DNA from: Eubacteriales bacterium
GTDB lineage: Bacteria > Bacillota > Clostridia > Oscillospirales > CAG-272
Assembly: GCA_045539995.1 (NCBI GenBank)
Contig: JAZQGJ010000070.1
Span: forward strand, 293-64,292
Direction: 5' to 3'
DNA length: 64,000 nt
The position numbers were made by a program, and so were the translations under genes. Below the pieces are notes generated by a model. It saw only the letters and a program-made list of their open reading frames with translations, did no database searches and was not told the origin of the DNA. Within the stretch, counting starts at the first letter, position 1, and each line of letters begins with the position of its first letter. Shown here one piece after another: positions 54,948 to 64,000 of the stretch.

Positions 54948-55835
54948 TTGTCAAGGGGAAAAACGCAAAAAATGGATTTATGTAATATAAATATTATTCG
55001 TTCGGTTATGGAGAGCGAGGGAATTAAATTCAGAAAGGAATTCGGACAGAATTTTTTGATAAACAGGCATATTCCCGAGAATATAGCGGACAACTGCTCG
55101 GACAGAGAGGACTGCATGATTTTGGAAATAGGTCCGGGAATAGGCTGCCTTACGGCAGAGCTTGCAAAAAGATATGAAAAGGTGGTAGCTGTCGAAATAG
55201 ACCGAGGGCTGATTCCCGTTCTTAAAAAAACTCTCGCTGAATATGATAACGTTACGCTGATAAATGAAGATATAATGAAGCTCGACCTCGCTACCCTTAT
55301 TCCGACTCTTGCAGAGGGCAGAGAGGTTTACGTCTGCGCCAATCTTCCTTATTATATTACAACGCCCATACTTATGAGATTGCTTGAATGCAAAGTGAAA
55401 TTTAATTCTATCACCGTTATGGTACAGGCAGAGGTGGCTACGCGCTTGACGTCAAAGGCGGGCGACGGGGATTATGGCGCGATTACTGCGGTATTAGGCT
55501 ATTATGGCGAAACGAGAAAGCTCTTTACGGTTTCAGCTAATTGCTTTATGCCTGCGCCCAAGGTCAATTCTGCAGTAATAAAAATAGATTTGTATAAAGA
55601 ACCGAAATATAAGCCCAAAAATGAAAAGCTTTTCTTCGGTATAATAAAAGCGGCATTCGAGCAGAGAAGAAAAACACTCGTAAACGCTATCTTCGCCAAG
55701 TATCCCGATTTCAAGAAGGAACAAATACAAACTCTGCTTGTAGATATGGGCTACATGCCGACGGTAAGAGGAGAGACCTTGTCGGTAGAAGAATTCTGCG
55801 CTCTTTCCGACCGTATCTGCGAATTGAAGGATTAA
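54948..55835 (+). CDS. rsmA: 16S rRNA (adenine1518/1519-N6)-dimethyltransferase
   Basis: FGQNFL and EIGPGIGCLT SAM motifs. The real start is probably ATG 54972 (MDLCNINIIR..). Confidence 0.92.
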   Translation: MSRGKTQKMDLCNINIIRSVMESEGIKFRKEFGQNFLINRHIPENIADNCSDREDCMILEIGPGIGCLTAELAKRYEKVVAVEIDRGLIPVLKKTLAEYDNVTLINEDIMKLDLATLIPTLAEGREVYVCANLPYYITTPILMRLLECKVKFNSITVMVQAEVATRLTSKAGDGDYGAITAVLGYYGETRKLFTVSANCFMPAPKVNSAVIKIDLYKEPKYKPKNEKLFFGIIKAAFEQRRKTLVNAIFAKYPDFKKEQIQTLLVDMGYMPTVRGETLSVEEFCALSDRICELKD

Positions 55836-55888
55836 AGCTCATTTAATTAAAGGAATACTATGTTAAAATTCAATATGTAAAAACAAAA

Positions 55889-55925
55889 CCGAGAGCCTGT
55901 CTTTTTGTAGCTCTCGGATTTTTAT
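55889..55925. terminator. bidirectional intrinsic terminator (rsmA / Gfo-family gene)
   Basis: aaaaCCGAGAGC-(13 nt)-GCTCTCGGattttt is an 8-bp stem. Confidence 0.75.
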
Positions 55926-56907
55926 TATAGCTTGTCTGACGGAAATACGATATTGTTTTGCTTGCGTACGGTGTCCATTATTTTCGTAGTTATCTCCGTA
56001 TTTTTGTTATATTTTTCGGGGCTTTCACGTCCGCAAATCATATTGTAAAAGGAAAGGAATTCGTATTTCATATTGCTCGTCTTGCTTTGCTTTAACAAAA
56101 TAGGCGCTTCTTTTCTCGGCAGAAGCCATATTTCGCTCGGATTGCTCAGCTTGTCTATAGTGATAGCTCCGTTTTCGCCTAAAATGAAGCTCGGTACTAC
56201 AGAGCTTGTAATTTTGGAATATGAAATTTCAGCGAGCATTGATTGATACTTGAGTACAAGAGAGCCCCCGCCTTCCATTCCGTTGTGGAGAAATACCGAG
56301 CTTGACAGAACATCTTCAGGCTCGCCAAAAAGCATAACGCAGCAGTGAATTGGGTATACTCCTATATCCATAATAGCCGCGTTTGAAAGGAGGGGATTAA
56401 AGGCGTTTTTTATCTCACCCTCCTTAAAGCTGTCATATCTCGAGGAGTATTGGCAAAACTCAAAGGATACGCGCCGTAGTTTTCCTAAAAGCGGAAGAGA
56501 TTCCTTTATTGCTAAAAACGCTTCGTCATACGACGGACGCATAGCCTCGATTACTATACGCTTGTTTTTTCTCGCCGCATCAAAGAGTTGCATTAATTGC
56601 TTTGAGTTGGGGGCGAGAGGCTTTTCACAAATAACATGAAGTCCGTGATTAAGCGCGGCAATAGCCTGCTCTACGTGGCAGGAATTAGGACTCGCTATAT
56701 AAACGGCATCTAACTGGGGCAGGAAAAAAAGTCTTCGAGATTGGTGTATTTGAGAGGAAAGCCGTATTCTTCAGCAAACGACACGGCCCTTTCTTCGGTT
56801 CGTGAATACACCGCCTTCATCGTATAATAGGGAATAGAGCGCAGAGTACAAACCATTTGCTCGCTTATAAAATTAGTTCCTATGAAGCCTATACGTACCG
56901 TTCTCAT
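55925..56907 (-). pseudogene. Gfo/Idh/MocA-family oxidoreductase interrupted by a frameshift in a homopolymer (A7 on plus, 56723-56729)
   Basis: ORF 56710-56907 encodes the Rossmann N-terminus (MRTVRIGFIGTNFISEQ..) and stops right after the T7 run. The adjacent frame continues with ..QLDAVYIASPNSCHVEQAIAALNHGLHVICEKPLAPN.. into ORF 55925-56593. Adding one T restores ..EDFFFLPQLDAVYIA... Confidence 0.8.
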
Positions 56908-57012
56908 ATTCTTCTCCTTTAGCGCTTTATATACCTATTCTATCATAAAATATTACTTATTTCAATAGAAAATTAAATGTGTAAGACAAGAATTTTCGCA
57001 TAATAATTATTA

Positions 57013-57029
57013 AAATTGTAAATCAATTT
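57013..57029. promoter_or_regulatory. inverted repeat AAATTG-N5-CAATTT upstream of the RHH-clpB promoter (candidate operator)
   Basis: Perfect 6-nt arms, 12 nt upstream of the -35 hexamer. No known consensus is assigned. Confidence 0.25.
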
Positions 57030-57040
57030 ATATAAAACAC

Positions 57041-57069
57041 TTGACAAATTATATAAGAGGTGATATAAT
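57041..57069 (+). promoter_or_regulatory. sigma-A promoter (TTGACA-17-TATAAT) of the RHH gene-clpB operon
   Basis: cTTGACAaattatataagaggtgaTATAATtg has perfect hexamers and spacing. Confidence 0.7.
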
Positions 57070-57102
57070 TGTATTACTAAATTAAAATAAAAAGAGGTTA
57101 AA

Positions 57103-57765
57103 ATGGGAAAAAGCGTATATTCATTAGTATTAAATGACGATATTGTTGAGTATGTAGACAGATTAGCGTACGAAAAGAATACAAATCGCTCTAATATGAT
57201 AAATCAGATTCTTGCGGAGTATTTTTCTCTTGTAACACCTGAGCAGCATACGAGGGCTGTATTTGAAAGAATCGAAGAGCTGCTGAACGGTCACAGTACC
57301 TTGCGTCTTATGATGAGCCCCTCTGATACTATGATGTCCTTGCGCTCGGCATTGATGTATAAATACAATCCTACGGTGAAATACAACGTAGAGCTTTACA
57401 GAAACGAATTTCCCGTGATTGGCGAGCTTCGTGTTTCTATGAGGACTCAGAATAACACTCTGATTTTATATATGATGCAGTTCTTTAAATTGTGGATGCA
57501 GATAGAGAGCAAATATATCGGAGTGACTGATTATTCTATGGAGGGCGGTAAGCTCTGCCGAAAAATAAAACTGAGAATTAACGGAAATTCTGCTAATTCA
57601 AATCTGAACAGCTCGACGCTTGGAGAGCTTATAGCCGAATATATCGGCGCTTTTGATAAGGCTATGAAGATATATTTTTCAAATATAGATAATCCTAAAA
57701 TTGCCGCAACCGAGATATGTCGCATTTTTGAAGAATATCTGCGAAATTCGCCCGAGATAATTTAA
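57103..57765 (+). CDS. hypothetical protein with N-terminal ribbon-helix-helix (CopG/Arc-like) DNA-binding motif
   Basis: 220 aa. The N-terminus [41 protein letters not shown] fits a beta-strand/helix/helix RHH pattern. The remaining ~170 aa are unrecognised. 25 nt upstream of clpB with no terminator between them. Confidence 0.55.
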   Translation: MGKSVYSLVLNDDIVEYVDRLAYEKNTNRSNMINQILAEYFSLVTPEQHTRAVFERIEELLNGHSTLRLMMSPSDTMMSLRSALMYKYNPTVKYNVELYRNEFPVIGELRVSMRTQNNTLILYMMQFFKLWMQIESKYIGVTDYSMEGGKLCRKIKLRINGNSANSNLNSSTLGELIAEYIGAFDKAMKIYFSNIDNPKIAATEICRIFEEYLRNSPEII

Positions 57766-57790
57766 CTTTTTTCAGAGAAGGAGGCTTTAT

Positions 57791-60385
57791 ATGAATATTC
57801 AAAACTTTACTCAAAAAAGCATAGAGGCCATAGGAAACGCAAGAGCTCTTATGGCGCAAAACGAAAATCAGCAGTTAGAGCAGGAGCATCTTTTATACGC
57901 CTTGCTCGATAAGCAGGACGGGCTTGCGACAGAGCTTATGACAAATATAGGCGTTTCACTTCCGTCTCTCAAGGAGGAGATAAAGGACGCGATTTCAAAA
58001 TTGCCAAAGGTGAAGGTAAGCTCTGAAGCCGATAAAATCTACGTTTCTCACGATATGGACGGCGCGCTCGCCGAAGCAGAGGCGCAGGCTAAAAAAATGC
58101 AGGATGAATTTGTCTCGGTAGAGCATATCATTCTGGGCATTATTATAAAGCCCTCGCGCGTTATAAAGGAAATTTTCAGAAAGCACGAAATTACAAAGGA
58201 TAAGATTCTTTCGGCACTTAAAAGCATAAGAGGAAATCGCAAGGTGACCTCTGATAATCCCGAAGACACCTACGACGTGCTGAAAAAATACGGACAGGAT
58301 TTAGTTGAGCTTGCCAAAAATCACAAATTAGACCCTGTTATCGGCAGAGATGACGAAATAAGAAACGTTATCAGAATTCTTTCCAGAAAGACGAAGAACA
58401 ATCCCTGTCTTATAGGCGAGCCTGGCGTCGGAAAAACCGCGATAGCCGAGGGACTTGCGCTTCGTATCGTAAGAGGCGACGTGCCCGAAAATCTTAAAAA
58501 CCGCTCAATTTTCTCGCTCGATATGGGCGCGCTTGTAGCGGGCGCAAAATTCCGAGGCGAATTTGAAGAGAGATTGAAGGCCGTCTTAAACGAGGTCAAA
58601 GCGAGTGATGGAAAAATTATACTGTTTATAGACGAGCTGCATACCATCGTCGGCGCGGGAAAAACCGACGGCGCAATGGATGCGGGAAACCTCTTAAAGC
58701 CTATGCTTGCGAGGGGAGAGCTCCACTGTATAGGAGCGACAACCTTAAACGAATACAGGCAATATATAGAGAAGGACGCGGCGCTTGAAAGACGCTTCCA
58801 GCCCGTGCTTGTAGATGAGCCTACAGTCGAGGATACAATATCAATTCTGAGAGGCTTGAAGGAACGCTATGAGGTCTATCACGGAGTGAAAATTCACGAT
58901 AACGCTCTTATTGCCGCCGCAACTCTTTCAAACAGATATATATCCGACAGATTTTTGCCCGACAAGGCGATAGATTTGGTTGACGAGGCCTGCGCCTTGA
59001 TAAAAACCGAAATGAATTCAATGCCCACCGAGCTTGATGAAATTTCAAGAAAGATAATGCAGCACGAAATAGAGGAGGCTGCCCTCAAAAAAGAGACCGA
59101 CAAGCTTTCTTGTGAGCATTTAAGTCAGATAAGAAAAGAGCTTTCCGAGCTTCGAGACGAATTTTCAAGTATGAAAATAAAGTGGGAAAACGAGAAGCAG
59201 TCGATAGAAAAGCTTCAAAAAATCCGAGAAGAAATCGAAAGGACAAACGCAGAAATAGAACAGGCGCAAAACAATTATGACCTGACACGCGCGGCAGAGC
59301 TGAAATACGGAAAGCTGCCTCAGCTTCAGAAGAGCTTGGAGGAGGCAGAGGCTCTTGCCGACAAGGCAGAGGAAAATAACGTTCTTCTGCGCGACAAGGT
59401 CAGCGAGGAGGAAATAGCTAAAATAGTCGCGCGCTGGACAGGAATTCCTGTCGCCAAGCTTATGGAGGGCGAGCGAGAAAAGCTATTGCACCTTGATGAA
59501 ATTCTTCATAAAAGAGTAATAGGACAGAACGAAGCCGTAGAAAAGGTCTGCGACGCAATTCTGCGCTCACGCGCGGGAATACAGGACCCGAAGCGTCCGA
59601 TAGGCTCATTTCTGTTTTTAGGACCTACAGGCGTCGGCAAGACCGAGCTTGCAAAGGCGTTGGCAGAGGCGCTTTTCGATGACGAGCATAATACAGTGCG
59701 TATCGATATGAGCGAATATATGGAGAAATATTCGGTATCACGCCTTATCGGCGCCCCTCCCGGATACGTAGGATACGATGAGGGAGGTCAGCTTACCGAG
59801 GCGGTAAGGAGAAAGCCCTATGCCGTTGTGCTTTTCGACGAGGTGGAAAAGGCGCACCCCGACGTGTTTAACGTTATGCTTCAGGTCTTGGATGACGGCA
59901 GAATTACGGACAGTCAGGGAAGAACCGTCGATTTTAAGAACACCATAATAATAATGACCTCCAATTTAGGCTCCGACATTATTCTTGATGGGATTAAAGA
60001 GGACGGTGAAATAAGCGAAGCGGCAAGAGAAAGCGTCTCTATGCTTTTAAAGCGCAGCTTCCGTCCAGAATTTCTTAACAGACTTGACGAAACCGTATTC
60101 TATAAGCCTCTGACAAAAGAGAATATAAAAAATATCGTCGAGCTTCTCATATCCGATTTGCAAAAGCGGCTTGAGGATAAGCGACTCTTTATAAGCGTTA
60201 CCGAAAAAGCCAAAAACTATATCATTGAAAGCGGCTACGACGTTAACTACGGCGCGCGTCCGTTAAAGAGATTTTTGCAGAGCAATTTGGAAACGCTGCT
60301 TGCGAGAAAAATAATCGCAGATGATTTAGCCCCCGACAGCACGGTAACTATTGACTATGAAAACGGCATTTTAAGTGCTAAATAA
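57791..60385 (+). CDS. clpB: ATP-dependent chaperone ClpB
   Basis: 864 aa. Two AAA+ modules ([18 protein letters not shown]) and a long coiled-coil middle domain. Confidence 0.97.
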   Translation: MNIQNFTQKSIEAIGNARALMAQNENQQLEQEHLLYALLDKQDGLATELMTNIGVSLPSLKEEIKDAISKLPKVKVSSEADKIYVSHDMDGALAEAEAQAKKMQDEFVSVEHIILGIIIKPSRVIKEIFRKHEITKDKILSALKSIRGNRKVTSDNPEDTYDVLKKYGQDLVELAKNHKLDPVIGRDDEIRNVIRILSRKTKNNPCLIGEPGVGKTAIAEGLALRIVRGDVPENLKNRSIFSLDMGALVAGAKFRGEFEERLKAVLNEVKASDGKIILFIDELHTIVGAGKTDGAMDAGNLLKPMLARGELHCIGATTLNEYRQYIEKDAALERRFQPVLVDEPTVEDTISILRGLKERYEVYHGVKIHDNALIAAATLSNRYISDRFLPDKAIDLVDEACALIKTEMNSMPTELDEISRKIMQHEIEEAALKKETDKLSCEHLSQIRKELSELRDEFSSMKIKWENEKQSIEKLQKIREEIERTNAEIEQAQNNYDLTRAAELKYGKLPQLQKSLEEAEALADKAEENNVLLRDKVSEEEIAKIVARWTGIPVAKLMEGEREKLLHLDEILHKRVIGQNEAVEKVCDAILRSRAGIQDPKRPIGSFLFLGPTGVGKTELAKALAEALFDDEHNTVRIDMSEYMEKYSVSRLIGAPPGYVGYDEGGQLTEAVRRKPYAVVLFDEVEKAHPDVFNVMLQVLDDGRITDSQGRTVDFKNTIIIMTSNLGSDIILDGIKEDGEISEAARESVSMLLKRSFRPEFLNRLDETVFYKPLTKENIKNIVELLISDLQKRLEDKRLFISVTEKAKNYIIESGYDVNYGARPLKRFLQSNLETLLARKIIADDLAPDSTVTIDYENGILSAK

Positions 60386-60433
60386 AATATTTAAAATTTG
60401 ACTCTATCACTTAATATAGACGCCAAGGCATAG

Positions 60434-60462
60434 AAAAAACGCCGTAAAAAACGGCGTTTTTT
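60434..60462. terminator. bidirectional intrinsic terminator (clpB / Gfo-family gene)
   Basis: aaaaAACGCCGT-aaaaa-ACGGCGTTtttt. Confidence 0.85.
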
Positions 60463-60475
60463 CAATCTTTTATTT

Positions 60476-61528
60476 TTATTCAACAAAGGCAACGGGCAGT
60501 CCTGTCCTGTCGCTTTCAAATGCGGCTTCCATAACCTTTAAAACACGCATAAGCTCACTATGCTTGACGAGCTGTTCTTCCTTGCCGTCAATAGCGGCGC
60601 AAACGTTACGGTAGAAATCGTGGACGTCCGACTTCGGCTTTTCTACTTCGTATTCGTCAACGGTAATGCTGTCACGGGGCGCCATAGTCTTTGTAAGTCC
60701 TGCGGCGGTTTCTACGGGGATAACCTCGCTTTCGTGCCAGTACTTACAATGAACGACCTTTGCTTTCTCTCTCCAGTCTGTTATTATTGCAGAGCCCTTT
60801 TCGGCTTTCATATAGAAGCGGGGAAGGGCGATAAAGTTGTATGTACCTACTTCTACGAACGCTACCGCACCGCTTTCAAATGTGATTGTAAGATAGAAGC
60901 CGTCATCTACCTCTTTGTTTGTAATGTAAGTACAGCTACATTCGATTTTTACAATTTTTTCGGTATAGATTTGAAGAAGCTGGTCGATAAGATGTACGCC
61001 CCAGTCGAGAATCATACCGCCGCCGTGCTCTTTTTTACCTCTCCAGTCGCTCGGAATACCTCTTGAGCCGTGAATTCTCGACTCGATTCGCAGCGGCTTT
61101 CCTATTTTACCGCTTTTAACGATTTCCTTTATCGCAAGGAAGTCAACGTCCCAGCGTCTGTTCTGATGTACGGTGAAAATTTTTCCGCTTTCTTTTGCCG
61201 CGGCAATCATTTCGTTTAAGTCCTGTGTAGAAAGCGCGACAGGCTTTTCGCAGATTACGTTCTTACCTGCCATAAGCGACCTGATAACAATTTCCTTGTG
61301 AGAATCGTTAGGCACTGCTACTGTAATGAGGTCAACCGACGGGTCGGCTAAAACGTCTTCAAATGATTTATACGCCTTAATGCCATTAGACTCGGCAAGA
61401 AGATTTCTTTCCTCTTTTATATCATAGATTCCCAAAAGATTTACAACGTCGCTGTCCTGTGAATGAAGCGCGTGCCAGCCCCCCATTCCACCGTATCCAA
61501 TTATAACAAGATTTTTTTTGTTTGCCAT
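60476..61528 (-). CDS. Gfo/Idh/MocA family oxidoreductase
   Basis: 350 aa. N-terminal Rossmann fold IIGYGGMGGWH and the EKP motif ICEKPVA. Confidence 0.88.
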   Translation of the reverse strand: MANKKNLVIIGYGGMGGWHALHSQDSDVVNLLGIYDIKEERNLLAESNGIKAYKSFEDVLADPSVDLITVAVPNDSHKEIVIRSLMAGKNVICEKPVALSTQDLNEMIAAAKESGKIFTVHQNRRWDVDFLAIKEIVKSGKIGKPLRIESRIHGSRGIPSDWRGKKEHGGGMILDWGVHLIDQLLQIYTEKIVKIECSCTYITNKEVDDGFYLTITFESGAVAFVEVGTYNFIALPRFYMKAEKGSAIITDWREKAKVVHCKYWHESEVIPVETAAGLTKTMAPRDSITVDEYEVEKPKSDVHDFYRNVCAAIDGKEEQLVKHSELMRVLKVMEAAFESDRTGLPVAFVE

Positions 61529-61793
61529 AATACTACTCTAAAAAGAGCCTCCTTTAGTAACGGAATAAAAATTCCTTTCTCTCATCAATGAGTATAGAAT
61601 AGCACTTTTATGCCGAAAAGTCAACACAAAAAGCTAAAAATGAAATAAAATTAAATAATTCGCGTAAAACTATTGCTTTTTGTTCTATAGTGTGTTATAA
61701 TACTATCAATTTAGCAAGCTAAAGTTTAGTTGAGTAAAGTACGCTCTGCTATTCAGGCTTACGAAAAATATTTTTTAAAAAGAGGAAACAAAG

Positions 61794-62603
61794 ATGAAAA
61801 AAATTATTTCACTCGCACTCGCGCTTCTCATGGTAGCAACCTTGTTCATTTTCACAGGCTGCGATAAGAAGGAAGAAACACTCGTTTGTGGTGTTACCAT
61901 TTTCGAGAATATGAATGAAAAGGACGAAAACGGCAATTGGACAGGTTTTGAGTCCGAGTTCGCTATGGAAGTCGGCAAGCTTATAGGTATGAACGTTGAA
62001 TTCCAGGAAATCGACTGGAACCAGAAGTATATGGAGCTTGCTGCAGGCACTATCGACTGTATCTGGAACGGATTTACAGCTAACTCCTCCGATAAGATTG
62101 ACGGCGTTGATAAAAAGCGTTCCGACCTCGTTGACTTCTCCTACGGCTATATGCTCAATCAGCAGTGTATCGTAATTAAGGCTGACAATGCCGAGACAAT
62201 TAAGGCAGAGGCAGACCTTGCAGGAAAGAAGGCAGGCGTTGAGGGCGGAAGCGCAGGCGAAAGCTACGCATCAGAGGCAGTTGGCGAAAACGGAAGCCTT
62301 GAGAAGTATCCTGCTCAGAACAACGCATTCCTTGAGGTTAAGTCGGGCGCTGTTGATTTCGCTGTTGTGGACATCGTTCTCGCGAAAAACATTTGCGGTA
62401 AGGGCGACTACACCGATCTTATGATAGTTGAAGAAATAGAGCTCGGACGTGAGGTTTACGCTATCGGCTTTGAAAAGGGCAGCGAGCTTACCGCTAAGGT
62501 TAACGAGGCTATCAAGACTCTCTTCGAAAACGGCAAAATTGCAGAGCTTGCAGAGAAGTACGGATTTGAAAACGTAGTTCAGCTTGTTGAAACTATCGAC
62601 TGA
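61794..62603 (+). CDS. amino acid ABC transporter substrate-binding lipoprotein (family 3 SBP)
   Basis: 269 aa. Lipobox FTGC and PBPb-like sequence (IDCIWNGFTA.., VDFAVVD). Confidence 0.87.
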   Translation: MKKIISLALALLMVATLFIFTGCDKKEETLVCGVTIFENMNEKDENGNWTGFESEFAMEVGKLIGMNVEFQEIDWNQKYMELAAGTIDCIWNGFTANSSDKIDGVDKKRSDLVDFSYGYMLNQQCIVIKADNAETIKAEADLAGKKAGVEGGSAGESYASEAVGENGSLEKYPAQNNAFLEVKSGAVDFAVVDIVLAKNICGKGDYTDLMIVEEIELGREVYAIGFEKGSELTAKVNEAIKTLFENGKIAELAEKYGFENVVQLVETID

Positions 62604-62626
62604 TTAGCTTAATAAAGGAATCAAAC

Positions 62627-63286
62627 ATGGCAATTACATGGTCATCATTTTTAAATGTAACCTTGAGCCTGCTTGAAGGATTTGAAAAAACGTGTCTTAT
62701 CTTTGCGCTAACACTCGTGTTAGCGCTTCCTTTAGGTTTGGTCATTTCTTTTGGCTCTATGTCAAAATTCAAGCCTCTCGCGTATCTTACTAAGGTCTTT
62801 GTATGGATAATACGCGGAGTTCCGCTTATGCTGCAGATCTTCGTTGTTTTCTACGTTCCAAGACTTTTGTGGGACCTTTCATTCTTTACCCGCTTTAATG
62901 CTGTAATTGTCGCCTTTGCCATTAACTATGCGTGTTACTTCTCCGAGATTTATCGCGGTGGTATCGAGAGCATTCCGCGAGGTCAGTACGAGGCGGGCAA
63001 GGTGCTTGGAATGACCAAGTCGCAGATATTTTTCAAAGTAGTTCTTATGCAGGTAGTAAAGCGCATTCTTGCGCCTATGTCAAACGAGGTTATAACTCTT
63101 GTAAAGGATACAGCTCTTGCAAGAGTAATCATGGTTGTGGAAATTATCAAGGCGGCTGAGGAATACGCCGCTTACGGTCTTATCTGGCCCCTTTTCTATA
63201 CGGCGCTGTTCTATTTGATCTTCGTCGGCGTACTTACGCTTCTCTTTGGATATTTCGAGAAGAAGCTCGATTATTATAAGGTCTGA
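62627..63286 (+). CDS. amino acid ABC transporter permease (HisMQ family)
   Basis: 219 aa, 5 TM helices, EAA-like loop (GIESIPRGQYEAGKVLGM). Confidence 0.88.
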   Translation: MAITWSSFLNVTLSLLEGFEKTCLIFALTLVLALPLGLVISFGSMSKFKPLAYLTKVFVWIIRGVPLMLQIFVVFYVPRLLWDLSFFTRFNAVIVAFAINYACYFSEIYRGGIESIPRGQYEAGKVLGMTKSQIFFKVVLMQVVKRILAPMSNEVITLVKDTALARVIMVVEIIKAAEEYAAYGLIWPLFYTALFYLIFVGVLTLLFGYFEKKLDYYKV

Positions 63287-63300
63287 GGAGGAATATCGAT

Positions 63301-64000
63301 ATGGCTTTTTATGAAGTAAAAAATATGAAAAAACACTTCGACAAGCTCGAAGTTCTCAAAGGTGTTGATATTTCACTCGAAAAAGGCGAGGTTCTTGCCA
63401 TAATAGGCGCTTCGGGAAGTGGGAAGACCACGTTTTTGCGTTGCCTCAATTTTCTCGAAAAGCCCGATGAGGGAGAAATTATAATTGATGGCGAAAAAAT
63501 ATTTGACTGGTCTGATAAAAAGGCTTTGAGCGAAGAACAAATTCGTCAGAAGCGTCTGCATTTAGGTCTTGTTTTTCAGTCCTTCAACCTTTTCCCGCAA
63601 TACACCGTAAAGCGCAACATAACGCTTGCGTCTGAATTACTTGAGATGGAAAAGGCGAAAAAAGAGAAAAAGAAGCTTTCAAGAAGTGAAAAGCTCAGAA
63701 TTTCCGAAGAGGTCGCGCAAAGAGCAGACCTATTGCTTGCACAGGTAGGACTTTCCGATAAGGCAGAAGCATATCCTTGTCAGCTTTCGGGAGGACAGCA
63801 GCAGAGAGTCGCTATTGCGAGAGCATTGGCGTTGAGCCCCGACGTTCTTTGCTTTGACGAGCCGACGTCAGCCCTTGACCCCGAGCTTACGGGCGAGGTT
63901 TTGCGTGTTATCAAGGATTTAAAGGGCGCAGACAGAACAATGATAATAGTAACTCACGAAATGGAGTTTGCGCGTAACGTAGCAGACAAGGTTATGTTTA
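63301..64000 (+). CDS. amino acid ABC transporter ATP-binding protein (GlnQ-like), 3' end beyond the window
   Basis: Not in the ORF track because there is no stop codon in the window. ATG 63301, then MAFYEVKNMKKHFDKLEVLKGVDISLEKGEVLAIIGASGSGKTT.., LSGGQQQRVAIARAL, LCFDEPTSALD. Confidence 0.9.
   Translation, partial: MAFYEVKNMKKHFDKLEVLKGVDISLEKGEVLAIIGASGSGKTTFLRCLNFLEKPDEGEIIIDGEKIFDWSDKKALSEEQIRQKRLHLGLVFQSFNLFPQYTVKRNITLASELLEMEKAKKEKKKLSRSEKLRISEEVAQRADLLLAQVGLSDKAEAYPCQLSGGQQQRVAIARALALSPDVLCFDEPTSALDPELTGEVLRVIKDLKGADRTMIIVTHEMEFARNVADKVMF

Noticed and set aside
1-64000. A recurring plus-strand motif TATA(T/C)CAC-N(8-10)-AAAAGTCAA(C/G). It occurs at about 7244, 7424, 8307, 8744, 8880, 10664, 16627, 44459, 47263, 47508, 56940 and 61590, and at first looked like a dispersed repeat family.
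   Set aside because: Read on the minus strand it is simply TTGAC(T/A)-17-TGnTATA(C/A)T, that is, sigma-A promoters in front of minus-strand genes. Only the four copies at 7.3-8.9 kb share extended similarity beyond the promoter hexamers.

Overview
This is a 64-kb chromosomal window from what looks like a spore-forming Firmicute of the Clostridia type. That placement is my inference from gene order (cmk-ispH/rpsA, recJ-relA-dtd-hemZ, yabM-mazG-hup-yabO-yabP-yabQ-divIC, lepA-hemW, cdaA-cdaR) and from protein motifs read by eye. No database search was run. Most of the window is housekeeping: about 55 protein genes and 3 tRNAs (Arg-CCG, Leu-CAA, Thr-CGU). These include a glycogen operon (glgB-glgC-glgA-glgP-GH13), pflBA, htpG, clpB and two ABC transporters. 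I found no rRNA, CRISPR array, transposase or integrase. Recognisable cis-elements are a ZTP (pfl-motif) riboswitch with terminator in the pflB leader, a CIRCE operator on the htpG promoter, a Crp/Fnr-type palindrome at the crp-like gene, and many near-consensus sigma-A promoters and intrinsic terminators.

The most unusual region is the AT-rich island at about 7.2-8.95 kb, between the rpiR-like gene and gltX. On the minus strand it holds four paralogous units, each made of a strong promoter, a long imperfect hairpin and a U-tract. I read these as a candidate family of roughly 70-76 nt sRNAs. Two of the units belong to a duplicated cassette of about 222 bp that also carries a divergent plus-strand promoter driving tiny ORFs with no recognisable function. 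One of those ORFs falls below the ORF-track cutoff.

Other points worth a second look:
- a G+C-rich, ORF-free structured segment with its own terminator at 54.10-54.35 kb, class not identified
- an RHH-domain gene co-transcribed with clpB
- overlapping face-to-face promoters between gltX and an orphan histidine kinase
- a Cmk-PlsC fusion gene
- a Gfo/Idh/MocA gene frameshifted at an A7 run
- a degenerate prephenate-dehydratase-like protein next to a TSCPD mini-protein
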